Positions 31,434-40,946 of a DNA stretch of 64,000 nucleotides are shown here, one piece after another. The first letter of the stretch is position 1; each line of letters begins with the position of its first letter. Under the pieces are notes generated by a model, which worked only from the letters and a program-made list of their open reading frames with translations, did not search any database and was not told the DNA's origin. Where the stretch lies: IMG/VR virus record IMGVR_UViG_3300030413_000012; one strand, given 5' to 3'. The stretch comes from an uncultured virus (IMG/VR IMGVR_UViG_3300030413_000012). Its lineage: Duplodnaviria > Heunggongvirae > Uroviricota > Caudoviricetes. The position numbers and the translations under genes were made by a program.

Positions 31434-32000
31434 TTAGTCAAATATTTTTTCTAATATTACTTGTATTTCTTTTTCTCCTTCTGTTTCATTATATATATTT
31501 TTTATTTCATAATCAAATGGAAGGCTGTCTATTTCAGTTTCAGTTGGGTCATTAAGTTCAATTTCTGTTGGTTCTCTTCCATATATTTCCTTATATTTTT
31601 TTATTCTATTTTTAATATCAGGACTTATTTTAACAACAAATAACTTTCTTTGTGTGTTTCCTGTATATAAAAGATATGAAAGTTCATTCATAAATCTAAC
31701 ATCATCAACTATAAAAGGAAATTGTTTTTTTGTTGCAATACTGGTTGCAAGATATTTTATCCAAACATCAGGGTCAATTTCTCTCATTTTTGAACCAAGT
31801 TGCTGCAATAATCTTCTGTTTTTTTCCTTCATACCAAAAACATCTTTTGCAACATCTTTTAGTTTTGCTGCTATTGAAACTTTATAAGCTGTAATACCTT
31901 GCTTTTCTAATTCTTCTTTTAATTTATCAGCATAATATGTCTTTCCAGCAGCCATGTGTCCTATAAAAACTACTCCATCATATTTTATTTGTTTATCCAT
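31434..32000 (-). CDS. deoxynucleoside monophosphate kinase-like P-loop kinase
   Basis: GHMAAGKT, RRLLQQLG, DPDVWI, VDDVRFMNE. Confidence 0.8.
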   Translation of the reverse strand: MDKQIKYDGVVFIGHMAAGKTYYADKLKEELEKQGITAYKVSIAAKLKDVAKDVFGMKEKNRRLLQQLGSKMREIDPDVWIKYLATSIATKKQFPFIVDDVRFMNELSYLLYTGNTQRKLFVVKISPDIKNRIKKYKEIYGREPTEIELNDPTETEIDSLPFDYEIKNIYNETEGEKEIQVILEKIFD

Positions 32001-32016
32001 TTAACCATCTATATTT

Positions 32017-32229
32017 TTAATCAATAATTTTTATATCTGTTTTATTTTTTAAAATTATTTCTGTAAAATATTTGATTGAAACTCTTGCCAAATCCATTGC
32101 TTTCTTTGAATTAAAAGGATTTGGAATGTATTCAGGTTCTTTTCCTTCTTGATATACTTTAATATACCACATATTATTTGCACCATAATATCCTATTTTT
32201 ATTTCTTTGGATTTGGTTTTATTTTCCAC
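32017..32229 (-). CDS. hypothetical protein
   Basis: 70-aa ORF. Confidence 0.5.
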   Translation of the reverse strand: MENKTKSKEIKIGYYGANNMWYIKVYQEGKEPEYIPNPFNSKKAMDLARVSIKYFTEIILKNKTDIKIID

Positions 32230-32420
32230 ACCATCACTCTCTCATTTTATTTTCAAACTCATAGTTGTTTTTATATTTATTTGTTCCATGATAATATAAT
32301 TTGTATCCAAACTTTTCTAAAAGAATTCTAACTTCTTTAAATTCAGCAGGTTTTAGTTGTGATACTTCATATATATTATTTCTTTTATGTTTAAATTGTG
32401 ACATTTTAATTACCTATAAT

Positions 32421-32499
32421 TGGGGGAGGAGATTTGAACCTCCTGACTTGAAGTTATTGCATTAGGCTTTTGCTCCAAGCCATTACCTGTCCCCCCTCC
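32421..32499 (-). ncRNA. tRNA-like element (degenerate; anticodon not assignable)
   Basis: G-rich 5' end complementary to C-rich 3' end ending CCA; GGTTCAAATC T-loop; internal GGCTT/AAGCC hairpin. Confidence 0.45.
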
Positions 32500-32521
32500 A
32501 AACTCTTCTTTCTTTATTATT

Positions 32522-32719
32522 TTAAATGCTTTCATCTTTATCATCTTTTTTGGTATTATTATTTGCTACTTTTTCAAATTCTTCTAAACACCTAAAAAAT
32601 CCTTGCATATAATAAGTCATGTAAAGTTCTCTATGATTTTTATAATCTTCACTTTTCAAATGAAGGTCTTTTTCTTCTTCAAGAAAAAATCTTCTTGCAT
32701 ATTCCATATCAGTTGTCAT
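32522..32719 (-). CDS. hypothetical protein
   Basis: 65-aa ORF overlapping the upstream gene end. Confidence 0.55.
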   Translation of the reverse strand: MTTDMEYARRFFLEEEKDLHLKSEDYKNHRELYMTYYMQGFFRCLEEFEKVANNNTKKDDKDESI

Positions 32720-32900
32720 TTATAGCATCTTCTATATCAACTTCTTCAACTTCTGGAGAACAGTAAGGACAATATTGACCATCAGCATCTATCACACATT
32801 TTTCATGGAAATACTGTTTACAAGAATTACAATAAAATACTGTATCTCCATCATCTTTTGTTATTTCTTCTGAACACTCCCCACATACTATATCTGCCAT
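32709..32900 (-). CDS. stand-alone C4HC3 (PHD/RING-variant-like) zinc finger
   Basis: CGEC...CNSCKQYFHEKC...CPYC. Confidence 0.75.
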   Translation of the reverse strand: MADIVCGECSEEITKDDGDTVFYCNSCKQYFHEKCVIDADGQYCPYCSPEVEEVDIEDAINDN

Positions 32901-33003
32901 ACTAATACCTATTAATTATATAACTTTTTTATTTAAAAACAATTATAATCTACTACATTGTTCATATATTATATCATATTAGGTATAATAGTGTATCATT
33001 TTA

Positions 33004-34716
33004 TCAAAATCTAAATATTGAATGTTCTACAACTTCTTTATTAGAATATTCAAGTTCAACTATTTTTAGTTCTTTTTTAATTATATCAGGTCTAAATGAA
33101 CTTCTATTTCTAAAAGTAATAAGTCTATTTTGTTCTAAAATAATATTGCACAATATTTCAACAATTCTTTTTGCAGTATCAAGTTCTATATCTTTTTGTT
33201 GCAGGGCTGTAATGGTTTTTACATACAAATATCTTATCATATTTTCATATAACTGTTGTGAGTTCTCTACAACAGAAAGTGTTTTTCTTATTATTGTTTC
33301 TTTATCAATCCAATTATCTTTTTTATTTGAAAGTATGTAATCAAAATTTTCTTTATTTGGAAATATAGCATCTTCAAGCAATGAAAAGTTTATTCCATCA
33401 CTATATTTTTTATAAGTTTTATAAATATCAACTTTGCTTTTTATATTTGCATCTATAAATCTATCTGCTAGTTGGTCAAATACTGTTAGAAACATAAAGG
33501 CTCTTCTTGGGTTCAAACAAGAGGTTATTTCTTGATTTCTTTTTTCTATTATTGAAAAGTCATAACTTTTTCTTATTGAACTTATAAAAAAGAAATAACC
33601 AGTATCTTTTTCATTTTTATTAATTCTTTCTCTATTTATTCTTCCATAAAAATTTATTATTTGCTGGTTTGTCCACTTTATTGTTTTAGTCTCAAACAAA
33701 AATAATGTTTTTGTTCTAAGATTTATACCTCTTTCTATTGCATTTGTTGCAATTATTATTGGTAGTTTTCCACTATTAAATAAATTTAAAACAGTGGCTC
33801 TTCCAGACTGTTGTATTTTTGAATATATTATTCCAAAATTATGGGAAAGGGCTTGTTTAACTATGGTTTCAATTGGTGCATTTTTGTTTGCAATAAGTGA
33901 TTTCTCAATATTTTTTATTTCTGATGAAATTGTTTTATTTTCAGAAAATAGACCAATATTCATCATTTTTTTATTTGATACCAGGTTTTCTATTTTGGGT
34001 ATGCTTGGAACAATAAAAATAGCTGGTCCATATCTCCATTTATTATTTGCATACATTACTAAATATCTGTCAAGCTCTTTTTGCAAAGATTCTTTCATTT
34101 CATAGAAATAAGTTGCTATTTTTTTATTATTTTTACCCATATCATAACATGATAATTCTGGATTATCAAACATAAAAAATCTGGCAAGTTTTGTTTTTAT
34201 ATATTTAATATCTACAACAGCACTTATATAAATTGTTTTAGTGTGTGGAAAATAACCATTTATAAGTGCTGTTAATATTTCATAATTTTGGTTTTCAGTT
34301 ATTGAATCAATTTCATCAAGAATAAATAAATCAGGCATGTTGTTGACTTCATTATCATTAGATAAGTTTGCTGTCATAAAAAATAAAGCCTTTTCAACAC
34401 TCATCAAATGAATAGTGTATTTTGTTTTTCCTCCCTCTATTGTTTGCCCTATACTTACATCTGTGTTATTTGGTTTGTCATGGAAAACAACAGTATGGCT
34501 TTTAAAATTCTCAAGTATGTATTCTCTTTTCTCTGACAAATCTGCTTTTCTTGTTGTAATATAAAATATTTTATAATAATTTTTATTTGATAAGAAATAA
34601 TTTAATGTGCCAGTGCTTTTACCACTAGCAGTGTCACCAAGTATAAATAATTTTGGTCTTTTTGTGTTTTTTTCAAAAAAATCCATAAGACCTTTATTTT
34701 CATACATAAACATCAC
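33004..34716 (-). CDS. superfamily 2 (DEAD/DEAH, Ski2/Hel308-like) helicase
   Basis: GDTASGKS, ILDEID, ISA, ATNAIERGINL, YGRINR. Confidence 0.85.
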   Translation of the reverse strand: MMFMYENKGLMDFFEKNTKRPKLFILGDTASGKSTGTLNYFLSNKNYYKIFYITTRKADLSEKREYILENFKSHTVVFHDKPNNTDVSIGQTIEGGKTKYTIHLMSVEKALFFMTANLSNDNEVNNMPDLFILDEIDSITENQNYEILTALINGYFPHTKTIYISAVVDIKYIKTKLARFFMFDNPELSCYDMGKNNKKIATYFYEMKESLQKELDRYLVMYANNKWRYGPAIFIVPSIPKIENLVSNKKMMNIGLFSENKTISSEIKNIEKSLIANKNAPIETIVKQALSHNFGIIYSKIQQSGRATVLNLFNSGKLPIIIATNAIERGINLRTKTLFLFETKTIKWTNQQIINFYGRINRERINKNEKDTGYFFFISSIRKSYDFSIIEKRNQEITSCLNPRRAFMFLTVFDQLADRFIDANIKSKVDIYKTYKKYSDGINFSLLEDAIFPNKENFDYILSNKKDNWIDKETIIRKTLSVVENSQQLYENMIRYLYVKTITALQQKDIELDTAKRIVEILCNIILEQNRLITFRNRSSFRPDIIKKELKIVELEYSNKEVVEHSIFRF

Positions 34717-35885
34717 ATTGTTATTTTGTGTAATATAATATTAGCATACCAAGTCATAAACTTATTATAATTGCAATGTCTGATTCCATTTAGATATTGG
34801 TGATAAGTTGTTGGTGTTTTAAATAAACTATTTATTTCAGTTATTTCATCTATTTTATCTGCATTAGTGTATTTGATAAAATTTGTTTCTGCTCTGGATT
34901 TAGCAACAACAAAATCTCTTAAAGATGGCTTAAAAAATTTAGCAGTTAATACTCTCATTGCTGTATGAAGCAGTTTTATGTTGTAAATTTTAAAATAAAA
35001 TATTTCCATCATTTCATGTGAGGTATATATGCTATATTGATTTGTTGAATAACTTGCATTTAATTGATTCCTGGTATATGCATCAATTTTTGAATCAGTC
35101 CAGCCACACAATAGTTCTCTAAGTATTTTAAAATATATATAAGAATCAGAATTTGCTTTATGTGGTTCTATTGCAATAATTCCATATCTATATTTCTTTT
35201 TTGATAAATCATAAATTGGTGTAGTATTTTTATGATTTATTTTTTTACTATTTTCTAAACTTGTGTTTGTTTTTATATTTTCAATAAAAAAGAGCATTGT
35301 TTTTTTTGTTTTATCATTAATTTTACCCATTACAGTGAACAATATATTTCTTCTTTGTTTAATTTTATTAAACATTTTATGAATATCTTGTTTTTTTATG
35401 TTATCAATTGACACAAGTGTTTCATTTCTTTTTATATCATAGTTTTTTATAATATTTGTCTTTGCCAATACTTTTTCAAGTTTATCTTCTATATATTTAC
35501 TGTCTTCAGCCTCTATTAATTCAGCCTTTACAGCATTTTTTTCAGCTTTAAAATCTTTTTCTATTATTCTAAAATTATTAAACATTTTTGTTATTTCTTC
35601 AAAAAACTCTTTTGCATATTTATCTATAAACTCACTTTCAAGTTGCATTATATTTAATGTTGTTGAACCATTTTGTGTTAATCCCTCATCTTCAAGAATA
35701 TAACTAACTTTTTTATTTTCAAGCCAAGTTACAAGCAGATGTTCAAGTAAATGAACAGTTCCTTCCTTTCCTACTGGGTCATTTATTGAACCAATAGAAA
35801 AAGCAATTCTTAAATTTATTAATTTTGAGTTTGTGGAAATAAAATGTGCCCTTATTCCATTTTTTAAAGAGTAAATATTATCCAT
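34713..35885 (-). CDS. M16 (insulinase-family) zinc peptidase
   Basis: GSINDP..KEGTVHLLEHLL inverted zinc motif, NGST, EKNAVKAE. Confidence 0.85.
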   Translation of the reverse strand: MDNIYSLKNGIRAHFISTNSKLINLRIAFSIGSINDPVGKEGTVHLLEHLLVTWLENKKVSYILEDEGLTQNGSTTLNIMQLESEFIDKYAKEFFEEITKMFNNFRIIEKDFKAEKNAVKAELIEAEDSKYIEDKLEKVLAKTNIIKNYDIKRNETLVSIDNIKKQDIHKMFNKIKQRRNILFTVMGKINDKTKKTMLFFIENIKTNTSLENSKKINHKNTTPIYDLSKKKYRYGIIAIEPHKANSDSYIYFKILRELLCGWTDSKIDAYTRNQLNASYSTNQYSIYTSHEMMEIFYFKIYNIKLLHTAMRVLTAKFFKPSLRDFVVAKSRAETNFIKYTNADKIDEITEINSLFKTPTTYHQYLNGIRHCNYNKFMTWYANIILHKITM

Positions 35886-35967
35886 GTTCTCAACTATATA
35901 TTAAACAATCAAATATATATAGGATTTGGTAGCAAGGTTTAAATATATAAGTATCAATATTACATTG

Positions 35968-37344
35968 ATGACAATTGATAGCTTTTATGAGTTATATTCA
36001 CATATAATGGGTTCTAAAGAACAGAGTAACCTAGAATTTACTGACACCAGTCAGGATTATGAAATAAATAATGTTTATTTTATAACAAAAACAAGACTTA
36101 TAAATCCAGCCTCAAAAGGACAAATAAAATCAATAATAGGAAAACTTAATGAAACAGGGTTGGAACTACTTGAAATAAATATACCCAAAGAACTAGAAAA
36201 CCAAATAGAACCATTGCATGAACTGTATTCTGGAAAAATAACACACAGCCTTGTTTCTGCTGGAAACAGAGGGGTTATACCAATTAAAAAATATAATATT
36301 GAAATAACAGTAAGTTTATTTTCTGATGTAAAAAAACACCCAATAATTGAATTAAAAAAACTTGAAGAAATATCTGAAGAAAAAAGCAATGAAAAACTTA
36401 TTTATGATATTCTAAAAAACAAACCATATTTAGCTGGTTTTATTGGAATTTATGGTATAACTATTCCATTAATTATTGAAAACTCAATAACACTTTCTTC
36501 TTTAATAAATGTTTGTGGGCTAGTTCCTGAACCAATTAGCACTGATATAGAAAAAACATTTACAAGAAAAATTTCTGTTATTGAAACAGGCAAATCTGAT
36601 TTTCCTGAATTAATTATTCCATCAACTATTGGAAAAAAGAAAGCTTTTTATATATATGATACACCACCAAGAACAATTTTTAATTTTGTAAATAAAAATC
36701 AGCTTTTACTTGGTGGTTATTTATATAAAAATGAAACAAAACTAATAATTGGAATGATAAAAACACCTGAAGCCTTTTTTACATTAAAAAATAATTTAAA
36801 TATAGCAACCTTTGTTACACCTGCAATTCTTAAAAAAGACCAAGATGATATAATAGCACTTATACATTCAAACCCAATAGACCAAACAGAGTTTGAACAA
36901 ATGACAGGACTTTCAATAGAATATCTCAATAAAGCACTTTATATATTTGGACAGTTTTTAAAACTTGGTGTTTTTATTTCAGATAAAAATCATTTAAAAA
37001 TAATAACTGAAACTAAAGAAGATTTTAATAATCAGTTAGTTAGAGATAGTTTAATTGTTGGAATAAGTTTTGTTGAAAAAATGATAGAATTAAATAAATA
37101 TAAAGAACTGACACAATTAACAAGTCATGCTGATTTAGAAAAAGCACTAAAATTTATGATAGAAAATGAAGCATATAGTCTTTCAAAGGATGACCTAAAT
37201 GAACAACTTCAGGAAAAATATGCAAATCTTTATCTTACTGGTGTTGATGCTATTATTTCTGAACTTATAAAAAAGAATATATTATCTTATGATAATGAAA
37301 CTAAAAAAATAAAAGTAAAACCAAGAATACTTGAACTAATATAA
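35968..37344 (+). CDS. hypothetical protein, paralog of 44725..46230; possible degenerate MCM-like protein
   Basis: shared IL[K/R]xKP[Y/F]LxGFxG...IP block; winged-helix-like C-terminus; no Walker A. Confidence 0.7.
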   Translation: MTIDSFYELYSHIMGSKEQSNLEFTDTSQDYEINNVYFITKTRLINPASKGQIKSIIGKLNETGLELLEINIPKELENQIEPLHELYSGKITHSLVSAGNRGVIPIKKYNIEITVSLFSDVKKHPIIELKKLEEISEEKSNEKLIYDILKNKPYLAGFIGIYGITIPLIIENSITLSSLINVCGLVPEPISTDIEKTFTRKISVIETGKSDFPELIIPSTIGKKKAFYIYDTPPRTIFNFVNKNQLLLGGYLYKNETKLIIGMIKTPEAFFTLKNNLNIATFVTPAILKKDQDDIIALIHSNPIDQTEFEQMTGLSIEYLNKALYIFGQFLKLGVFISDKNHLKIITETKEDFNNQLVRDSLIVGISFVEKMIELNKYKELTQLTSHADLEKALKFMIENEAYSLSKDDLNEQLQEKYANLYLTGVDAIISELIKKNILSYDNETKKIKVKPRILELI

Positions 37345-37381
37345 TTAATTTAAATAGCTTGTTAATAAATATACTGATTAA

Positions 37382-37879
37382 ATGATGCCAGACATTCAAT
37401 ATTACATAACTTCTTTTAAAAAAATAACAGACACCATAAAAGAGGTTATAAATGGCAAAGAAACAACTTTTGCAATATTAAGTGCATTAAGTGTTTTTGA
37501 TGAGGATGAGTCAATAAAATTTATCAGAAATAAAGACCTGAAACTATCTGGTATATTGTATAATTTAAAAGATAAAAAACAAATAACTGATGCTATTTTA
37601 ATAAATGGAAGATATATATCAAAAGATAACAAAATCAGTGAATCCCCTGGTTATTTTATAATTGGTATTACAAAAGAACTAACAACTGCATTAGCCAAAG
37701 AACTTGGTCTTGAAAGTTTTATATTTAACAATGAATTGATTTATTTAACCAAACCACTTATTGAAAAATATGATTTAACAAAAATTATTTTTGGAAAAGA
37801 AGCTATAAAGGAATATAACTATTCAATTTTAAGAGATAATAATTCAGCACATGCTTTTTCTTTTATAAAAATCAGTTAA
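37382..37879 (+). CDS. hypothetical protein
   Basis: 165-aa ORF with TTTAAATA box ~26 nt upstream. Confidence 0.7.
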   Translation: MMPDIQYYITSFKKITDTIKEVINGKETTFAILSALSVFDEDESIKFIRNKDLKLSGILYNLKDKKQITDAILINGRYISKDNKISESPGYFIIGITKELTTALAKELGLESFIFNNELIYLTKPLIEKYDLTKIIFGKEAIKEYNYSILRDNNSAHAFSFIKIS

Positions 37880-37881
37880 AA

Positions 37882-38319
37882 TTAAGAAGTGCAATTCTTT
37901 ACAATGGAATATATTAATTTTGTATTGGTTGTATTTTTATAATTTATTGAACAAATATTGTTAAAACCATAACTTGGATAAGGGTGTGTTGAGTTTGCAA
38001 CAACAGCAAAACTACCAGTATTGTCTTTTCCTATTGTTGTTACTGTATAATTATAAATACTTCTACCAGAAGTTGTCATAACTGTAAAATTAAAATTTGT
38101 TATTTTAACATTTTCACTAAGTGTTAAAAATATTGAATTTGAATTCAAATAAGAAAAAGTTAAAATAAAATTAATATTTGAATTTTGTATTGTTGTTAGC
38201 TGAATACTATTATATTTATAATATGCAAAAGCAAATATAGCTGTTACTAATAAAACAACTCCCAATATAATTGGGTATTGAAATGCTTGCCCTTTCATTG
38301 TTTTTTTATAATTTTTCAT
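37882..38319 (-). CDS. class III signal peptide (pilin-like) protein
   Basis: KKTMKGQAFQY + hydrophobic helix. Confidence 0.75.
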   Translation of the reverse strand: MKNYKKTMKGQAFQYPIILGVVLLVTAIFAFAYYKYNSIQLTTIQNSNINFILTFSYLNSNSIFLTLSENVKITNFNFTVMTTSGRSIYNYTVTTIGKDNTGSFAVVANSTHPYPSYGFNNICSINYKNTTNTKLIYSIVKNCTS

Positions 38320-38323
38320 AGTA

Positions 38324-40468
38324 TCAACCTGTGCATGGATGGGGTGCTTGGAATGTCAGTGTAAATGTTTGGTTCTGACTACTAGATGTAAAATTTGCAG
38401 CAGAAACTAAATTTGTGTATGATGTTCCTGAAACAATATAATTTCCTGATGGTAGCCATATTATTCCTTGACCAGAAGCATTGATTGCTTTATTTCTTGA
38501 TAAAGTTGAATTTAATATGCTAACAAAATTTACTGAACCAGAAGTTGGTGCTATTGTTGAGATAGATGATGTTAATGTTTGTGTATGTTGAGCAACACTT
38601 CCAAATATAACAGATGGCATAACACCATTTGGTGGGTAGGCTCTTGTTCTAAGCCAATAATAAGTTGCACCACCACTACTGCCAATTGATAAATATGTAG
38701 TTGTTGGAATTGTTATTATTGTATTTGAAGCAGATAAACAATTATAATTTTCACACCAAAGCTGACTACCAGTTTGTGTGTAAAAACTTGATATATTAAA
38801 AAATGGTTGTGGTGTAGAACTGGCTATTCCTGTGTAAGAAGAACTATTACTTAAAAAAATATATCCAGTTTGACCACCATGATAATAAGCAAGATACCCT
38901 GAGTAAAAACCATTGGTGCCACTGCCTGGCAGAATATCACCTTCAGTTGGTGCAGTTGTTGTCTCACCTATTAAAGACTGACTTTGCTGATTCATTGCTT
39001 CTGCTATTAAATCAGATGAAATGCTTGCATATATAAATGTTGTTCCATCACCACTACCAATAGAAAAGCCATTGTCAAATGTTGCTTTTAATGTGTTTCC
39101 ATAAAGGGTTAATCCAGTAGGTATTGTAGTTCCAGCAAAGTTCCAGTAATTATTGAATACCTTAGCACCATTATCATATTGACCATATGTTGCAGATAAT
39201 TCTGGTGCTTCTCCTGCTGTATTACCATTATAATTTGTTGACATATTCAAAAATGTCATATTTATTTGAACATCACTTGATGGTGGAATTGACATAGGAA
39301 GTTTCAGCCAAACAACTGTGTTTGTTGATGTATTTGAACACCCAGATTCACACCAACTGTTTATTGGGGTGTTTCCATAATAAAATCTAACATTTCCAAA
39401 GTTACCATTTATATATTTTGTATAAGCAGCACTATCAACAGTAATCATTTGCTGAAATGGTGTTGATGTTGCTGTATTTTGTTTATTAGTTATAGTTACT
39501 GGCAAATAAGAAGTTGAATTAATTGTTTGATTTATTGTGCAAGCAAGTTTCAAGTTTACCTTTGTCTCATACATTGGATATAAGTAAAAGGACTGATTTA
39601 TTCCATTTGGAAATAGTCCTGTAAAACTTGTATAATTATTTGATACACTTGTTCCAGCACCAGCACAAGTTGTTAATGGACAACTAACTGAAAGTTGTAT
39701 TGATTTTGACATATATGGAAAAGTTGCTACCCCACTTGAATCAGTAGTTGCAACAGTGCTGTTATAATTAATTGAAACTTTTGCAAGTGAAAGTGGTTGA
39801 TTTACTCCATTTATTACCTGATACACCTTTACTTGTTGGAGTTCTGATTGAATTAAAGCTGGTATTGATAATTGAAATGGTGCTGCTTTTAATTGTGAGA
39901 ATTGTTGAATTGTTTGATTTAAATAATATGGATTATAAACTGTAACATTATAAATTCCTAATGGTAATGCAAGGTTTGCTGATGTGTTTATTAATTCTGG
40001 TTCTACTTGTTTACCATTTATTTTTAAAATTGTTTCAGGTGTATATCCATTTATTTTTAGATATTGTTGCTTGATATAATTAATGTTATAAAACATATAT
40101 TCTGTATTACCATCATAAAAAGAAAGGGTATATTGCTGTATAGCACCATTTGTGCAAGATGGTGGAAGTTGAATTAAATTGGTTCCTGTTTTAAAAAATA
40201 CATTTTTGGTTACATTTTCATTACAACCTTGTGCAACCATCTTTAATGTTATCTTTGAAGATGGTCCAAAATTGGATATACTTGCTTCAGGTGTTGTTCC
40301 ATATATCAAAGGATTATTAAGATGAAATTGATTAAGAATTTGTGATACTGTTGCTTGCCCAACAAATATTCCTGTATATTGTGTTGTTTGTGCAATAAAG
40401 AATGGTAGTGCAACTGCTATTATGATAAGAGAAGCAGCAAACAAAAGCACTTCTGTAATTGCATCCAT
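38324..40468 (-). CDS. surface protein with internal DUF2341 domain
   Basis: N-terminal TM; NFGNVRFYY...SWCESG...WLKLP, YGQYDNGAKVF, WLRTRAYPPNGVMPS. Confidence 0.8.
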   Translation of the reverse strand: MDAITEVLLFAASLIIIAVALPFFIAQTTQYTGIFVGQATVSQILNQFHLNNPLIYGTTPEASISNFGPSSKITLKMVAQGCNENVTKNVFFKTGTNLIQLPPSCTNGAIQQYTLSFYDGNTEYMFYNINYIKQQYLKINGYTPETILKINGKQVEPELINTSANLALPLGIYNVTVYNPYYLNQTIQQFSQLKAAPFQLSIPALIQSELQQVKVYQVINGVNQPLSLAKVSINYNSTVATTDSSGVATFPYMSKSIQLSVSCPLTTCAGAGTSVSNNYTSFTGLFPNGINQSFYLYPMYETKVNLKLACTINQTINSTSYLPVTITNKQNTATSTPFQQMITVDSAAYTKYINGNFGNVRFYYGNTPINSWCESGCSNTSTNTVVWLKLPMSIPPSSDVQINMTFLNMSTNYNGNTAGEAPELSATYGQYDNGAKVFNNYWNFAGTTIPTGLTLYGNTLKATFDNGFSIGSGDGTTFIYASISSDLIAEAMNQQSQSLIGETTTAPTEGDILPGSGTNGFYSGYLAYYHGGQTGYIFLSNSSSYTGIASSTPQPFFNISSFYTQTGSQLWCENYNCLSASNTIITIPTTTYLSIGSSGGATYYWLRTRAYPPNGVMPSVIFGSVAQHTQTLTSSISTIAPTSGSVNFVSILNSTLSRNKAINASGQGIIWLPSGNYIVSGTSYTNLVSAANFTSSSQNQTFTLTFQAPHPCTG

Positions 40469-40532
40469 TAAATATAAATTAGAATAAATGGTTTAAATTT
40501 TTAAGTGCAAAATCAAGTTTATTATTGATTAA

Positions 40533-40946
40533 GTGGAGGGAGTTGTTTTAGAAATTCTTTTTGCAATTATTGTAATTGCACTTGGAACAATTGTTTATGC
40601 TTATTATGAAGTAGGACAACTTTCTGCAACACAGCAAGCTGAAGCATTAATTGCATACCATGAGGCACAAGAATTTAACAATTTAACACAAGCTACTAAT
40701 TTTTCATGCACAACAACACTTTCAAGTTTTGAAATTCTTTCTTCAGGAATTGTTTCTTTTTCAGCACCAGTTTCTTATAAAAAGGCTGTAACATACACTG
40801 GTGGAATACCAAATCAAAATACAATATACTATGCATCAGGAAAGTTTTTTGTTCTTTCTCCATATCCAATAGTTGCTGGAAACTATACAAATACAAAAAT
40901 ATGCATTATACCCTCAGCATCAAATCCTGTTTTTACATTTGAATAA
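40533..40946 (+). CDS. small N-terminally anchored surface protein (minor-pilin-like)
   Basis: MEGVVLEILFAIIVIALG helix, Cys pair, beta-rich. Confidence 0.65.
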   Translation: MEGVVLEILFAIIVIALGTIVYAYYEVGQLSATQQAEALIAYHEAQEFNNLTQATNFSCTTTLSSFEILSSGIVSFSAPVSYKKAVTYTGGIPNQNTIYYASGKFFVLSPYPIVAGNYTNTKICIIPSASNPVFTFE

